Shown here piece by piece: positions 49,536 through 51,997 of a DNA stretch of 51,997 nucleotides; position 1 is the first letter of the stretch, and each line of letters starts with the position of its first letter. The notes below the pieces were generated by a model. It did no database searches. It was not told the origin of the DNA and saw only the letters and a program-made list of their open reading frames with translations. Source of the stretch: Girardia tigrina (Eukaryota); the NCBI GenBank assembly GCA_001938485.1, contig MQRK01217323.1, forward strand, positions 1 to 51,997. Direction: 5' to 3'. Made by a program: the position numbers and the translations under genes.

Positions 49536-49997
49536 CATCCCTTCCCAGTCCCACCATACGCACAACATAGTCTTTCTAAAAAAATTAATTAAGTGAGGCT
49601 GAATGCCCACGGTGTTCATTGCATTTGTATTCCCTGATAATATTGAGGTTGCAATCGATTGTTTATCAGAGTTCGAAACGTTTCCCGAGAGTTTACTTCT
49701 TATCTTGAATTATACTTATGTTGGAAGAATGTAGAGAAACAACCGAGGTCAAAAAAAGCCGGGTCAAAACAAACTGCTTCCTACCGAACTTCATCTACCG
49801 ATCTTCCATTGTTTCTGAGATGTTTCAATAAAAATTTGTGACATGATCTGTGCGCCATCATATTTGACACTTGACGAATTGAAAGAAATAAAATAAATAT
49901 TAGCCATAAATTAATATATATTCTTGAATAAATTAATAAATAATCATGAATTAATTAATAAATAATCACAAATTAATTAATTAATAATCACAAAAGA

Positions 49998-50200
49998 GTT
50001 GCTTCCGACATATTCCTTCTTCTGAAACTTAATAGAAAATCGATTCTCGCAATGGAAGCAAATTGTTCGAAATTCCAACTGTCAGAATGAAAATGAACTT
50101 TTTGAGGCGATACAAATTGCACAATGACAGATTACATCCAAAAACTGTAATAATTTTTATTTGCTTCGGTGAGTTTATTGTTAGGAGTCGAAACTATTAA
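49998..50200 (+). mobile_element. IS630/Tc1 transposase C-terminal remnant
   Basis: LPTYSFF*NLIENRFSQWKQIVR...ITSKNCNNFY. Confidence 0.75.
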
Positions 50201-50968
50201 ATGATTCAGGATGGTTTTAATGTTACTAAGTTTTTTTTCTAAAAAGTACGTATTTTTTAATATAATTTCTTATTTTAATCACAGTCATTTACTTATTTTT
50301 ATTTTTCATTATTTTATTTTTTTTATACATTTTTCATTTTTTGAGTTTGGAAAACAATAAGTTTTTGGATTACGATTATAAATTGAATTCGAAAAAAATT
50401 AAAAATAATTTGTTTAATTCAAAATTGAATTGTAATCATTTAAAATGGGGAAACAGTGTGTCTGCGACTGAATCGGCAACATCATTTGTTTTAGAAACTA
50501 CTCTAAATTTTGAAGTTAAAGTAACTAATTTATTTTGTTTAAGTTGACATTTTTTTGTGATTTATCTTTCCGTTTATTAGTTTGATTACTTACGGGATTC
50601 TTACATTAATTTAATCAGGTTGCAAAATAATTTAATCCAATTGAAATAAAATTATTTAAAAATAAAATTTCTAAAAAAGAAGCATTACAATAATTTAAAT
50701 ATAAAAAGAACAAATAATATTTTTAGAATATTGAATATAATTGAATTTTTCGTTATTTTCATGCGTTAAAAATTAAAAGAAATCTGCATAATTAAGAAAT
50801 ATCGACTACTGTAAGACATATTGAAAGGTAAATAAATTTAAATTGAAAAAAATCTACTTTTATTACAAAACTATTTTACTTATAATCAACCAAATACAAG
50901 GTTTAAAATGATAAATTTATTAAAGTATCTAAATTTTTAATATTTATATTTTGTACATTCCTGATATA

Positions 50969-51960
50969 ATGAATAACGAAAATTCCAAGAAAATGCAATT
51001 AAACGATGAAATTCGACATTTAATTATCAAAAAATACAACGAAAGGAAACCTCCAGTTCAAATAGCGTTGAGAGTCGATTTAAATTGCAAAACAGTCGCC
51101 TCGGTGTGTAAATTCTTCACAGATACTGGCCGAATTACTGCTACTAAAAAAGAGCACCCAAACAAAAAAAATCACTGAAGAGGCTGAAAATATGATAGAG
51201 GCAGACATTGAGGCAAATGTCTTGGTAACTTTTAAAGAACTACAGACTAAACTTGCTAATGAGTATAACATTCAAGCAAATTTATCAAGTATTAATAAAT
51301 CAATACAAAATTTGGATTACTCTTTCAAAATATTCTAATATATTCCTGCTCAGCAAAATAGTGCAACAAATATAGAAACAAGATACGCATATTGCACTGA
51401 ATTTGAACGATGAAAAAATCCTTTTTTAGACGAATTCAAAATTAGTTGATCGACTAGAGAAAAATATGGGCGCAGTCTAGTGAATACGACCCCGAAAAAG
51501 ATAATCAGATCGACCAGATTCAAAAATTTATCAATTTTAACCGCAGTAAGCAAACACTATCTAACTTCCTATGAAATCAGAGAAGCTTACAAACAAATTA
51601 CTTTTACAGCATATGTTAACAGTTTACTTGGTTTTTTGGAAGAATAAAATATGCTTGGAATCACAATTAATTATGGATAACGCCTCAATACATAAATCTC
51701 TAAATTTAAAAACACTGATTGAAAATAAAGGACATTAACTCATGTTTTTTACTGCCATATACACCACTACTTAATCCAATTGAGGAAATATTCTCTAAAT
51801 GGAAAAACGGGATAAAATCATGAAATGCAAATACAAAAGATGAATTGTATAGTGCGATTAGCTTAAACTCATTGCAAATATCCAGATCTGATTGTGAAGA
51901 TTATTTTAGTCATGCCAGAGAATTTGCAGCAAAAGGTATTAAAAAAGAAGATTTTTTAAA
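50969..51960 (+). mobile_element. IS630/Tc1-type (DDE) transposase pseudogene, near full length
   Basis: N-terminal HTH; FLDE; MDNASIHK; LPYTPLLNPIEEIFSKWK. Several stops and frameshifts. Confidence 0.92.
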
Positions 51961-51997
51961 TAAGAATCTCATGACACTTAGTATTTTTAAATAAAAA

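Overview
AT-rich eukaryotic (animal-type) genomic window from a gapped draft scaffold, with no intact host gene. Most of it is a transposon graveyard: several Ty3/Gypsy LTR remnants, three mariner lineages, IS630/Tc1, pogo/Tigger, piggyBac, hAT, Merlin, a small Helitron and a probable Polinton remnant. Between these lie short, isolated and mostly disabled fragments of conserved host genes: a Rab (Rab21-like), MSH6, MOCS3/Uba4, NCAPG, a septin, eRF3 (three copies), myosin II and alpha-tubulin. The only long intact reading frame (2592-4547) belongs to a young, 5'-truncated non-LTR retrotransposon of the R2/NeSL group, with an atypical restriction-like endonuclease (RLE) active site and a (TTAAA)11 tail. 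Its 5' end is fused to a same-strand chain of host-gene fragments. Very short putative introns hint at a compact parasitic metazoan, but this is inference. All homology calls are motif recognition from memory; no searches were run.
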